Shown in pieces: positions 28,927 to 38,813 of a DNA stretch of 64,000 nucleotides (position 1 is its first letter; each line of letters opens with the position of its first letter). Where the stretch lies: assembly GCA_963666835.2 (NCBI GenBank), contig CAXXGO010000006.1, positions 1,728,001 to 1,792,000 on the forward strand. The letters are read 5' to 3'. The translations under genes and the position numbers were made by a program. This stretch comes from Phycisphaerae bacterium (lineage in GTDB: Bacteria; Planctomycetota; Phycisphaerae; UBA1845). The notes beneath the pieces were generated by a model. That model ran no database searches and was not told where the DNA came from. It saw only the letters and a list, made by a program, of their open reading frames with translations.

Positions 28927-28950
28927 AGGCTAACCTATACAGGTTAGCCT
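28927..28950. promoter_or_regulatory. Perfect inverted repeat, possible operator
   Basis: AGGCTAACCT-atac-AGGTTAGCCT. Confidence 0.45.
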
Positions 28951-29161
28951 GTGTAGGTGGTCTTCTTCCGATGGGGTAGACGGGATTGCTGCCGGTCGTC
29001 TGGAGGCATGTGGCTCGTTGCCTTGCTCGTGGCGGGGGGCGACCTACAATCGCCGCGTGCCGTGCAAGTTCTACTTGCTTCGTTGCGATGCTCAGACGCG
29101 CGATTCACGTCGTGCATCCGGGGTGGGAACCAGATTGACACTGAAAGCTCGGAGGCAGCTT

Positions 29162-30928
29162 ATGTTCGTTCGATTGCCGGCCGGTCTCGGCCTTCTACTG
29201 CTCGCTCTTGGCCCGTTGCCGGCGACACTCGCAGCAGACCGAGTTGCAGCTCCGGGGTGGCTGACCAAGTCGCAATGGTACCACGTGTTGGTGCCCCGCT
29301 TCTCCGACGGAGAGCCCCTCAACGATCCGACCGGCGTTCTACCGTGGCCTTCCCTGGCTGCTAAGGATTCCGGAAAGACGCCTGCGCCTGAGGCGGCGAA
29401 AGGAGAGAAGCGATTCGGTGGCGATCTTCAAGGCCTTCAGAATCGCCTCGGGTATCTCAAGGAACTGGGTGTGGATGTTTTGTACCTCTCGCCGGTGTTC
29501 ACCGCTCCGTCCGATCTGAAGTATGACTCGGCGGACCTGCGGCACGTGGACGGGGCCTTGGCGGTTGCGAACCAACCGGGGGATGTGGGCAAGGAGACCG
29601 CGGATCCGGCAACCTGGCAGTTTACGCCGAGTGACCGCCTCTTTCTGGGTTTCATCAAGCGAGCCCACGCGCAAGGTCTTCGGGTAGTCTTGGAGATCAC
29701 AGGTACGTCGGCGAGTCGAGAATCCTGGATGTGGCGCGACGTTGTCGCCAAGGGCGAGCGATCGGAATGCTCGAGCTGGTTCGACGTAGCCGATTGGGGT
29801 CCCCCGGTTCGCGCGCAAGTGGATGGAGGGCCTTCCCACGACGGCACGGTGCCGTTTAAGCGCAACGCGACGTCACTCGCGCCAGGTGTGGAGAAGTACC
29901 TCCTGGCCGTAACGCGGCGTTGGATGGACCCGGACGGGGACGGCAATCCTGTCGATGGGGTCGACGGGTGGGTGGTTCGCAACGCGTATCGGCTGGGGCC
30001 GGAGACTCTCGCCAGGTGGCAGAAGCTCGTGAAGAAGGTCAACCCGGCCGCGGTTCTGGTGGGCGACTATCGCGGCATGTCCGGAGCTTTCGGCACTTTC
30101 GGCACGAACCAACCCTTCGATGCGGTCGTGCAGGAGGAAACCGGGGCGGCTCTTCGCCGGTTCTTTTGCGAGGAGGCGAAGAAGGGCTACACGTCCACGA
30201 ACCTGCTTGTTGATTTGGACGTTCTGTTGAAGAGCCGGCGTGCGGAGGCGGGCCCGGTGGTGATCGATTCGATCGGCGGAACGAATGTCCCGCGGCTGTG
30301 GTCGGTCATTGAAGGCGGGGCGAGGCCGACAGACGGTAAGCCCGCTGCTTCGGTTCTTAGCCGATTCCGGTTGGCGATGGTCATGCACCAACTCTGTCTG
30401 CCGATGCCGCTGACCTACTACGGCGACGAGATCGGTCTGCCGGGCGAAGCGGACGGGCGGGATCCGATGTGGTGGCAGGGGAGTCCCGCAGACGGCAGCA
30501 ACGCCTATCGCCGGGACTTAGCCGCGCTTGCGCTGCAGCTTAACAGCCTCCGCGAGCGATTCGCGCCGCTGGCGTCGGGTTCGTTTCGCAAGGTCCTTGC
30601 CGACGAGAAGCAACGGGTGCTGGCGTTTGCACGGGCTTTACCGGGTGATGAGGTCATTGTCGTAATCAACTTCGGAGATACTCCGCAGCGCGTAAAAGTG
30701 CCAACAGGGTGTCCCGGACAACTCATCGGGGTGGTTACGCCGGAGCTGACTCCCGGCCCGCCGCACCCGTTCTTCAAGAACCGCGCGGCTGCCGAACCAG
30801 CCTCGGCCATTCCGCAGTTGCGGTTAGGCGGTAATCAGCAGTATGCCGACGAATCCGGTAATCTCTCCGTGTCCCTTAAGCCCCAGACTATTCGGCTATT
30901 GCTATTGAAAGGCAAGGGCGGATCATGA
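29162..30928 (+). CDS. Secreted GH13 alpha-amylase/neopullulanase-like protein with degenerate active site
   Basis: Signal peptide; WYHVLVPRFSDG, GGDLQGL..RLGYLKELGVDVLYLSPVF, WMDPDGDG...DGVDGW and YYGDEIGL. Confidence 0.88.
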   Translation: MFVRLPAGLGLLLLALGPLPATLAADRVAAPGWLTKSQWYHVLVPRFSDGEPLNDPTGVLPWPSLAAKDSGKTPAPEAAKGEKRFGGDLQGLQNRLGYLKELGVDVLYLSPVFTAPSDLKYDSADLRHVDGALAVANQPGDVGKETADPATWQFTPSDRLFLGFIKRAHAQGLRVVLEITGTSASRESWMWRDVVAKGERSECSSWFDVADWGPPVRAQVDGGPSHDGTVPFKRNATSLAPGVEKYLLAVTRRWMDPDGDGNPVDGVDGWVVRNAYRLGPETLARWQKLVKKVNPAAVLVGDYRGMSGAFGTFGTNQPFDAVVQEETGAALRRFFCEEAKKGYTSTNLLVDLDVLLKSRRAEAGPVVIDSIGGTNVPRLWSVIEGGARPTDGKPAASVLSRFRLAMVMHQLCLPMPLTYYGDEIGLPGEADGRDPMWWQGSPADGSNAYRRDLAALALQLNSLRERFAPLASGSFRKVLADEKQRVLAFARALPGDEVIVVINFGDTPQRVKVPTGCPGQLIGVVTPELTPGPPHPFFKNRAAAEPASAIPQLRLGGNQQYADESGNLSVSLKPQTIRLLLLKGKGGS

Positions 30929-30945
30929 CCCGTTAGGAGATTGAG

Positions 30946-31260
30946 ATGACGCGGCGATTATCGAGGATTGCCTCAGTCGTTGCCGCCGGTCTGTCGATCG
31001 GCGCATGTGACGCGTTCCTCTTCCCGCCGGTGTTGGAATACGACTCGGAGGCGTGTGCCGCGGTAGACGCACGACTCTCGGGATGGGGGTGGGGGTTTGG
31101 TCTTGCTCTGCCCAACCCGGCGTCCTTGTATTGCGGCGAACTTGGCGGCGCGTCCGGGCAGGATAGCGTTTGCGCTCTTCCTGACGGCACAGAGCAAGAC
31201 GAATGGGATCTGTTCTGCACCGATTGCCCAACATCGGGCTGGTGTGACTGGTATGAGTAG
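30946..31260 (+). CDS. Small lipoprotein with DUF333-like domain
   Basis: AGGA RBS, lipobox SIGAC and LPNPASLYCGELGG...CALPDGTEQDEW. Confidence 0.75.
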   Translation: MTRRLSRIASVVAAGLSIGACDAFLFPPVLEYDSEACAAVDARLSGWGWGFGLALPNPASLYCGELGGASGQDSVCALPDGTEQDEWDLFCTDCPTSGWCDWYE

Positions 31261-31345
31261 GATCCGAGCGAGTAGGGCCCGCTCCGCGGACCGCATTTGC
31301 TCCACGGGTCAGCAATTGCTCCATGACACCCGGGTCTTACCATTT

Positions 31346-31950
31346 GTAGGGCATGGTCGAGGCACGAGACCTGCCACCAAGGCCGCAGTGGCCCGGCTCG
31401 GACGAAGATGTGACACGCGCGTGGCTTGCGGTATTAGCCCGCCAGGGCGACAGCTCCGCCTAGCCCGTGGCGTGAGCCGCGGGATCGAGTCGCGCATCAG
31501 CCCTAGCCCCGCCAGGGGCGGCACTTCGATAACCGCATGGGTTCCGGCCGTCGCCAACGTGTTCCCCGCATGATGTTGAATCACGGGTGTCCGATCCAGA
31601 CCTCGACGCGTTCTACCGCCCGCAAGGGGCTTGGCGCGAAGCGACCGCACGGTCCCCCAGGCTTACGCCATGGGGCTTCAGGACCTGTCGCCCCAAGGGG
31701 CTTGCCCGACGGCACGGCCGAGGCACGAAACCCCGCCGAGAGGTGTGGCATGGGCAAGCGTAGCTCTCACGCAAAGCACTTTGCCGTACGCCTGGAGACT
31801 GCGCGCGTAAGGCACGGACGCTTGCAGCTTGCCCGTGGATGCGCGTCCCCCGGGTCAACAAGTTGACCTATGACACGCGATTGTCATCCGCCGCAATGGC
31901 GCGCGTTGGGCGAAGACCACGGCAGGTCTCGTTCCTCGACCATGCCCTAC
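31346..31950. repeat. Second copy of the composite repeat plus an inverted REP
   Basis: REP at 31346 (+), shared internal sequence with 26326-26690, and REP at 31921-31950 (-). Confidence 0.85.
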
Positions 31951-32026
31951 ACCCGGCTGCGACGCCCTACCTGTACGGTCGGGTGCCGGGTGGCATGGCT
32001 CACGCTTGCGTGACCATGGGGCGTTT

Positions 32027-32671
32027 CTATGGTGGCACCGGGTCTGCGCGGCGTTCCCACGTCTGCCGCCAGGGTGGCATTTGGTCGATCGTGATACCGT
32101 CCCACAAGCCTCGTCCGGTACGCCGGGCTTGCTTTTCGAGGTCCTTGAATTGTCGGTAGTAGTGATGTTTGAACCGATAGTCCGCGTAAGCGTACCCTTC
32201 CTCCAGCAGAACCTCATTGAACATCCGTCCGCCGGGCTCGAGATGAACGTACGCAAGCAGCCGCCCGTACTTGCCGCGGGTTCGCTGGGGCGAAAGGACG
32301 ACGCGTACGTTTCGACCGTCCAGCGATTCGTCCGCAAACGCTGACGCCTTTGCCCCAAAGTGCATAGCAGGGTGGGGGCCCTTACCGGTCTCCGGAGCGT
32401 CGACCCCCCAAAGCCGGATTCGCGTTACGGACTGGTCACCGTCAGGGGCGGCGATGTCGAAAGTGTCACCGTCCACTACGCGCGTTACGCGGAAGACGCG
32501 GTCATGATAGCGAGAATGGTCGTTGCCGCGCGGCAGGGCGGGTGCGGAGCGATCCCAGAATATCGCCGCCAACCCAACAATGGCAAGGCCGATGATCGCC
32601 GCGTGACGAAGGGGACGACGTGTAAATGTGATGGAATCCGGAAGCCGTCTTCGTCGTCGCGGGCGGAGCAT
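32027..32671 (-). CDS. Thermonuclease (SNase-like) family protein
   Basis: VTRVVDGDT, IRLWGVDAPE, KYGRLLAYV and EGYA motifs. The ATG overlaps the lysC stop. Confidence 0.92.
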   Translation of the reverse strand: MLRPRRRRRLPDSITFTRRPLRHAAIIGLAIVGLAAIFWDRSAPALPRGNDHSRYHDRVFRVTRVVDGDTFDIAAPDGDQSVTRIRLWGVDAPETGKGPHPAMHFGAKASAFADESLDGRNVRVVLSPQRTRGKYGRLLAYVHLEPGGRMFNEVLLEEGYAYADYRFKHHYYRQFKDLEKQARRTGRGLWDGITIDQMPPWRQTWERRADPVPP

Positions 32672-33903
32672 CAGTCGTCGGATCCGCGGGCACCCAGGCC
32701 AAAGGCATCGTGAACGCATCGCAGAGCGGCGGGGCCGTGCTGGCGATCCACGATGCAACTGGTGACGATTTCGCTTGTAGAGACATTCATGATGCTGATT
32801 CCCGCGGCGGCCAGAGTCTCGAACATGGTCGAGGCGATTCCGGCGTGCGTGCGCATCCCTACTCCGATCACACTGACCTTGGAAACCCCCTCATCAACTT
32901 CGACGCTATCGAGACCGAGTTCGACCGCGAGGCGTTCGCAGATAGCGCGTGCCGCATTCACGTCACTAGAGTTCGTAGAGAACCCCAGGCTGGCGCGTTT
33001 CCCGCCTCCGTAGACGTTCTGGACGATGTCGTCTACAAGAATGTGCTGGTCGGCCACCTCGGTGAAGAGCCTTGCCGCTACCCGCGGCGAGTTCGGTATT
33101 GCATTGAGCGAAAAGAACGCGAGGTCCTCCCGGAGCGTTACCCCCTGGACCGCAATAGCCTCCATTCCCGAAGTCTCGGCCATGATTAAGGTCCCCTTGG
33201 CATCGGTGAGTGAACTGCGCACATGGATCGGCACGTTGAACTTCTTGCCGAACGCGATGGCACGCGAGTGGACGACGCTGGCCCCGCTGGCCGCCATCTC
33301 CAACATGACTTCGTAGCTGATCTCGTCAATCTTGCACGCTTGCGGCACTACTCGCGGATCGGCCGCGTACACTCCGTCCACATCCGTATAGATCTCACAC
33401 ACTTCCGCACCCAGGACCGCTGCCAATGCGGTTGCCGTCGTATCCGAGGCTCCCCGGCCCAGAGTTGTTATCTCGCCGCTGGGATCGATGCCCTGGAAGC
33501 CGGCCACTATTACGATTTTCCCCGATTCCAGTTCGCGATCGATTCGGTCGCGGCTGATTCGCTGAATGCGGGCTCGGGTGTGGGTGCTGTCCGTTACCAG
33601 GCCGAGCTGTGCTGCCGTCAGGCTGATCGCGTGATGCCCCGTTGCGTGGATCGCCATGGCCATAAGAGCGATCGAAACCTGCTCTCCGGTCGTCAGCAGC
33701 ATATCCAGTTCGCGCTTCGGCGGGTCGGCACACACTCCCCGGGCAAGACCGACCAGCTCATCGGTCGCCTTCCCCATTGCCGAGACGACGAGGACCACGC
33801 GATGTCCCTCCAGCTTGGCGCGGATCGCGCGGCGCGCGGCGCGGTGGATCTTCTCTACGGTCCCCAAGCTGGTGCCGCCGAATTTCTGGATTACCAGGGA
33901 CAT
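32671..33903 (-). CDS. lysC: Aspartate kinase
   Basis: QKFGGTS, VVSAMG.ATDEL, VAGFQG, TTLGRG.SD, IYTDVDG and C-terminal ACT domains. Confidence 0.96.
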   Translation of the reverse strand: MSLVIQKFGGTSLGTVEKIHRAARRAIRAKLEGHRVVLVVSAMGKATDELVGLARGVCADPPKRELDMLLTTGEQVSIALMAMAIHATGHHAISLTAAQLGLVTDSTHTRARIQRISRDRIDRELESGKIVIVAGFQGIDPSGEITTLGRGASDTTATALAAVLGAEVCEIYTDVDGVYAADPRVVPQACKIDEISYEVMLEMAASGASVVHSRAIAFGKKFNVPIHVRSSLTDAKGTLIMAETSGMEAIAVQGVTLREDLAFFSLNAIPNSPRVAARLFTEVADQHILVDDIVQNVYGGGKRASLGFSTNSSDVNAARAICERLAVELGLDSVEVDEGVSKVSVIGVGMRTHAGIASTMFETLAAAGISIMNVSTSEIVTSCIVDRQHGPAALRCVHDAFGLGARGSDD

Positions 33904-33989
33904 GCCGGCAATGGTAGCGTGCTCGCGCACGGTTGGCGACAGAGTTACTACGGCCGATACGCCGCGAGAAGGTCAATTGGTTGGAATGG

Positions 33990-34619
33990 TCAAACAGGAG
34001 CAGACGGAATCTTCGTGGGGGCCGATTCCGCCTGTTGCGGCGCCGTCAAACGGGATGCTGCATGCCCTGCGGATAGCCGCATGAGGATCGGCCGGGTAAC
34101 ACCGGCGCGAGCCTGCTCCCGGCGGATCTGGCCAAAGAGCTTATCCAGCGGAAGCTCCCAGCGCCGCACGTCACCGGCATGCCCCGGTCGGGGCTCGTCG
34201 TGGAAGCGAATCTCGTCGTAGGCGCTGGTGGCCGCCAGCTCGATGTTCGTATCACCGGCGACATCGTCGCGATAGGCATGTCCCACCAGTCGCCAACCGG
34301 GGACCACGCGTCGGAGCATCTCCATCTGATGCAACACGACGACGTGCAGCAGAGCGTGGGGAGTCGGAGCGATGTGAACCGTAACCGATTCGTCCGCCCA
34401 CCGTTGCATCGCCCTCGTCCAGAAGGCGTCATCCAGCCAGGAAACGGTTTCGCCGTCCACGTCCGTCGCTTCGACCGTTAGTTCGATCGGGCCGGGGACG
34501 ATCCTCTCGCCCAATTTCCCCCGGCTGTCGAGCCCTACATGCACGCGGTTCGGTTCGACGGGCGGTCGGCGCAACCCTTGGGTAGCTCGACGGGCGGCTG
34601 CCTGGTCCTTCGTTTCCAT
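33990..34619 (-). CDS. Hypothetical protein
   Basis: 209-aa ORF with normal composition, collinear with lysC. Confidence 0.65.
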   Translation of the reverse strand: METKDQAAARRATQGLRRPPVEPNRVHVGLDSRGKLGERIVPGPIELTVEATDVDGETVSWLDDAFWTRAMQRWADESVTVHIAPTPHALLHVVVLHQMEMLRRVVPGWRLVGHAYRDDVAGDTNIELAATSAYDEIRFHDEPRPGHAGDVRRWELPLDKLFGQIRREQARAGVTRPILMRLSAGHAASRLTAPQQAESAPTKIPSAPV

Positions 34620-34937
34620 GATTCCACGACTCCATTCGTTGGTCACGGCTCTTCGCGCTCGTGATCTATTATCGGAGCAATACTCGCGAATACTTGATGC
34701 CAGCACTGAGAAACGCTGCTATGTACTTCGTTAGGACCCCCCGGCAATGGGTGGCTTGAGATGCCGTTGTGCACGTAAGCATATATGATTGCGGAGGTTA
34801 TGGCTCGTCCGGCGATGACGGTGTTTCTGGCCTTTTGGGGTGTAACGCGGTGAACGGTGATTGCCGGACAATCGAAACCCGCGAAAACTGATGTGAACAC
34901 GTTGTTTCGCCGGCCGTGGTTGGGAGGATCGGGCACT

Positions 34938-37076
34938 ATGCCAAGAGGCAAAGTCCAGAGGACGCTCGGACGTTTCGCGTCGCGCCGCTTGGTTGCTCTT
35001 GCGGCAACCTTTGGCGCGGTAATCGCGATCGGGTCGCTGGGTTGTGGTAGTATACTTGTTACCGCCGGGTTTCTCGGGGCGCAGGCCGACGATCTCAGGG
35101 CCGACGCCGGACTCACGCCGCTTACATTCGGAACTGACGGCGCGGCGTCGACGGCCGTCATCCTCAATGGAACCGCCTCCACCGCTCCGGGCAGCATCGT
35201 ATCGTACAAATGGATGATCGACGGCGCGCTCAGCGCCACGGGTTCCCTGGCCACGGTTGACTTACCGCTCGGAGAGCATGTGGTGATCCTCGAGATCATC
35301 GATGATCGCGGTCGGTCTGCCCAGGATACGATTTCGCTTTCGGTTACGGCGGCAACGCCCGAAGAGGTCAGCCTCACGGTCAGTTCGTCGGGTGAGGGAG
35401 AGACCTGGCCTGCGGCGGGGCTTACGACGTACCCGACCAACACGGCCGTCACGCTACGTGCTCTTCCCGGTGAAGGCTCCTGGTTTGCAGGCTGGACCGG
35501 GGATGTCGACACTGCTGAGCCGACGACCACCATTGTCATGGATAAGAACAAGTTGGTACAGGCAGAGTTTCTTCCGTTTGAGGACGGCGGGGTCCGGCGT
35601 CTCAATCTCCCGTGGTCTGTGGATGCCGCGTACCGGGTGTCTCAGGGCAACTTGGGTGATGGGAGTCACGAGGATCGGTTTGCCTGGGATTTCGCGATGC
35701 CGCTCGGGACGCCCATACTGGCCGGCAAAGGCGGACGCGTGGTCAGTACCAGCGATCCGGGTCTCCATTACGTGTTGGGGCTGACTGAGTTTGAAGATCC
35801 GAGCGCGTTTGTAACCGTCGATCATGGGGACGGGTTAATTGGGGTATACGGTTCGATCGACGAAGAGCGGCCGGCCGTTGTCCCGGGGCAATGGGTAGTC
35901 CGCGGGCAGGTGTTGGGCTACTCGGCGGACTCCGGTTTCTCCGGGCGCCCGCACGCCCACTTTGAGGTGACCGATCCGCTTGGCGGCACGATCTCGACCG
36001 GCTTTGAAGAGGTTAATCGTGCTGACAGCATTGCTGTTGAGGGCGACGTGCTCACTTCTCGAAACACCCTGGACGAAGCCCCGACTGAGAATAGCACTGC
36101 TTCGCTACTTGCTCCCGACGCTTTCGCGATCAATGACATTGAGCTGACGGGGGAAATGCCTCCGGCGCTTTTCTTCGAGACCGAGTGCGATTATGAGGTG
36201 GGCGGACGAGTGCTTAACGATAGGCAGCAGGTGTGTGTCGCCCTGGTCGATCCGGACTCCTTTGAGGTGGCGATGTGTGATTTGATCCCGGTTGAAGAGG
36301 ATGGGACGTTCACGATACCGTTCTCTTTCCCGCCGGAGATGGTCGGGCATTACTGGTGGGGGGTCATCAGCGGCGATGATGGCGCCGAGGGGGTCGTGCC
36401 GGTCTACGCTTGGATCTCCGAGCCGCTGGAGACCGCTGCCGATCCGGTCGCCCTGATTGACCCGCCGGATGATCCGAGTATTGACTTCCTCGGAAGCGGC
36501 GTTCTAAGTGGCTCGGGCAGTTTCTCGTCTCTCGGGCGGCCTTTGACATACCAGTGGGCGCAGGTTTCGGGGCCACCGGCCACCATTGCCGACCCGACCG
36601 CGGCTGAAACGGAGTTCACCATTGAGTTGGGTGCCGGAACGTCCCGGGTATCGTTCCAACTGGTGGTCTTCGACGGCGTGCGGTACAGCCTGCCGGATGA
36701 GGTTGACTTCCTTATGCCGGATACGTTTTTCGTCAGCCGGGTCGGGATTGCCGATACCATGTGCCCATCGCCCGATTCCTGTCCGCTGTTTGATCCACCT
36801 CCGGCGTTGGTTTCGTTTTCCACCGGTACGATTGTGGGTTGGCTAGAGTTGGTTGGGGTCGAACTGGGCGACGTTCTTACGTTCACGGTCGCCGATCCTG
36901 ACGGTGAGATAATCGGAACGAGTGAAGTCGCGATAATCACGGAGCCGGAGAGCATCAGTTTCTGGCGCTTGGCTTTGGGCTCGACGGATCTCGAACTGAC
37001 CCCCGGGCCGTGGACCGGCACCTTTGCCCGCAACGGTTTCCCCATCGCGACGGTCGAATTCCGGGCGATGCCTTGA
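34938..37076 (+). CDS. Exported M23 peptidase-domain protein with PKD-like and InlB B-repeat domains
   Basis: IVSYKW PKD-like segment, FAGWTGD B-repeat, SH....AWDFAMPLGTP, GQVLGYSADSGFSGRPHAHF and TYQWAQVSGP. Confidence 0.85.
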   Translation: MPRGKVQRTLGRFASRRLVALAATFGAVIAIGSLGCGSILVTAGFLGAQADDLRADAGLTPLTFGTDGAASTAVILNGTASTAPGSIVSYKWMIDGALSATGSLATVDLPLGEHVVILEIIDDRGRSAQDTISLSVTAATPEEVSLTVSSSGEGETWPAAGLTTYPTNTAVTLRALPGEGSWFAGWTGDVDTAEPTTTIVMDKNKLVQAEFLPFEDGGVRRLNLPWSVDAAYRVSQGNLGDGSHEDRFAWDFAMPLGTPILAGKGGRVVSTSDPGLHYVLGLTEFEDPSAFVTVDHGDGLIGVYGSIDEERPAVVPGQWVVRGQVLGYSADSGFSGRPHAHFEVTDPLGGTISTGFEEVNRADSIAVEGDVLTSRNTLDEAPTENSTASLLAPDAFAINDIELTGEMPPALFFETECDYEVGGRVLNDRQQVCVALVDPDSFEVAMCDLIPVEEDGTFTIPFSFPPEMVGHYWWGVISGDDGAEGVVPVYAWISEPLETAADPVALIDPPDDPSIDFLGSGVLSGSGSFSSLGRPLTYQWAQVSGPPATIADPTAAETEFTIELGAGTSRVSFQLVVFDGVRYSLPDEVDFLMPDTFFVSRVGIADTMCPSPDSCPLFDPPPALVSFSTGTIVGWLELVGVELGDVLTFTVADPDGEIIGTSEVAIITEPESISFWRLALGSTDLELTPGPWTGTFARNGFPIATVEFRAMP

Positions 37077-37327
37077 CGCCGTCGTGTGAGGGTGCCCCGT
37101 CCTTTGCCCTGTGTTATACGGCAGTAGAGAGAAAGCCGCGTAGAGGGGTGGAGGCAGCGTACACGCATCATGTCCCAGGCAAAGGGTGGGGAATCGATTG
37201 CTGAATGCGAATCCCCCTCGGATTACCGTCCGTCCCCCACCCATCCCGGCGGTGAGTCGGCACGGCTGTTCCAGCCCGGCAAACGCCGGGATGGCGGACT
37301 CGACTCCGCCGTGCGAGAAAGCCCAAC

Positions 37328-38521
37328 TCAGGTAGGATCGTTTTCCGCTCCTTTCCGGGATTGTCTTGGGACGGGTTCGACAGCCCGACCATTAGGCGGT
37401 CTGAGAGGAACCGCGGTCCATTCAAGAGCACAGTCTAAATACTCCGTGAACCCGGCATCGAGCGCGAGTTTGGCATCAGGGGTGAAGAGTACGTCCAGGG
37501 AGTGTATCGGCTTGATGCTCACAATCTCGGGATCGAAGACGGGAAGTACGGTCGGTTTGTCAGTTGGGAACACCAGCGGCACGCGTATGTGCTGATACTC
37601 TCCAGCACTCGTGGCTTTCATGTGAATATGTCCGGCAAGTGGGATCGGGAGCGATTCGCAGGAGACGAACACGGCGGAGAGGTACGTTCCGGGCTTACCG
37701 ACTGCCCGAATTTCTACAAGATCACGCACGTGCGCCATGAGTTGTGGAGTCTTAACGGGTTTTGCGAACTCCTCGACCGTTCCCGGTTCAATCAACAGCC
37801 GGACCGAGCGTGCGAAGGCCAGCTCCGGCGGCGGCAGATCTGAGCCGCATATGCGGATACCCGTTCCAGAACGCCCCGGCTTGTCGGTCGCAACGCAGGT
37901 GCCCGAGACCGCTACCTCGTGCGAGCCGATACCCAACGCCCCGACTCGGATACGAAAACGCTGCGTCCAGAGGTCGGCCGGATCGTCGAAGCTCTCCACG
38001 GTGAAGGAAGTGGGCTCGCCGTCTACCTCCACGCTCCAGTTCTTCACGGTGGGTGCAAACTGTGTGAACCGAAACCAACCGGTGCTCTCAACCGACATGC
38101 GGAGGCAGACGGACTCGCCGTCCGGGTGAGGGCTCGTGACTTCGAGCGGCGAGAGTAATACTTGCTGGCTGAGGAACGCGGCGGCCTCGGCCTGTGATAG
38201 TTTGCCCTCGCAGAACCTGGTCCGCCAAAGATGCTGCGGAGCCCAATCGACGCCCAGCCGGTCGAGAGCGAGGACCCAATCCGTCGGCAGCATGGCCTTG
38301 AAGTCGATCTCTCGGACGTAGTAGTACGACCCGACTATGATGAACAGGAAGGCTGCCAGCCGGGCGACCGTTCGGATGCGTCGCCGCCGTTGCGTCCTCC
38401 CCGGGGCAACGTCAAGTCCCTCCGATGGCACCTGACCTCCGCACTCTGGACAGATGCCGGGATCGACGGCGTATCCGCAGTGGGGGCAGTATCCCGTGGG
38501 CTTGTAGGGTGTGTTGACCAC
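37328..38521 (-). CDS. Hypothetical membrane-anchored protein with N-terminal zinc ribbon
   Basis: CPHCGY....ICPECG, then an Arg-rich segment and one TM helix. Confidence 0.75.
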   Translation of the reverse strand: MVNTPYKPTGYCPHCGYAVDPGICPECGGQVPSEGLDVAPGRTQRRRRIRTVARLAAFLFIIVGSYYYVREIDFKAMLPTDWVLALDRLGVDWAPQHLWRTRFCEGKLSQAEAAAFLSQQVLLSPLEVTSPHPDGESVCLRMSVESTGWFRFTQFAPTVKNWSVEVDGEPTSFTVESFDDPADLWTQRFRIRVGALGIGSHEVAVSGTCVATDKPGRSGTGIRICGSDLPPPELAFARSVRLLIEPGTVEEFAKPVKTPQLMAHVRDLVEIRAVGKPGTYLSAVFVSCESLPIPLAGHIHMKATSAGEYQHIRVPLVFPTDKPTVLPVFDPEIVSIKPIHSLDVLFTPDAKLALDAGFTEYLDCALEWTAVPLRPPNGRAVEPVPRQSRKGAENDPT

Positions 38522-38813
38522 GGAGTCATCTTACCGCCGCTGCGGTGGGCTTGGAACATCTGTGCGGCGACATGCACGTAAGAGACGTGACTGGATGTGC
38601 CCTGTTCGCCATAGTCAAGAGCCCGAGCCGGTTTCGTTCGGGTTGTTCCTCTCGGATGCGCTCCTGATATGAGCTGGTGACTGCCGAGCCTAGCTCACCT
38701 GGCGAGGGACGCTCAACGACTTCAGCGTCGCGGGATAACTTCCCCAGCGCAACGCTGCCTCCCCCTTCGATGAAGGAGGAGGCAGCGTTTGATCTCATCC
38801 GGGTAGGATTGGG

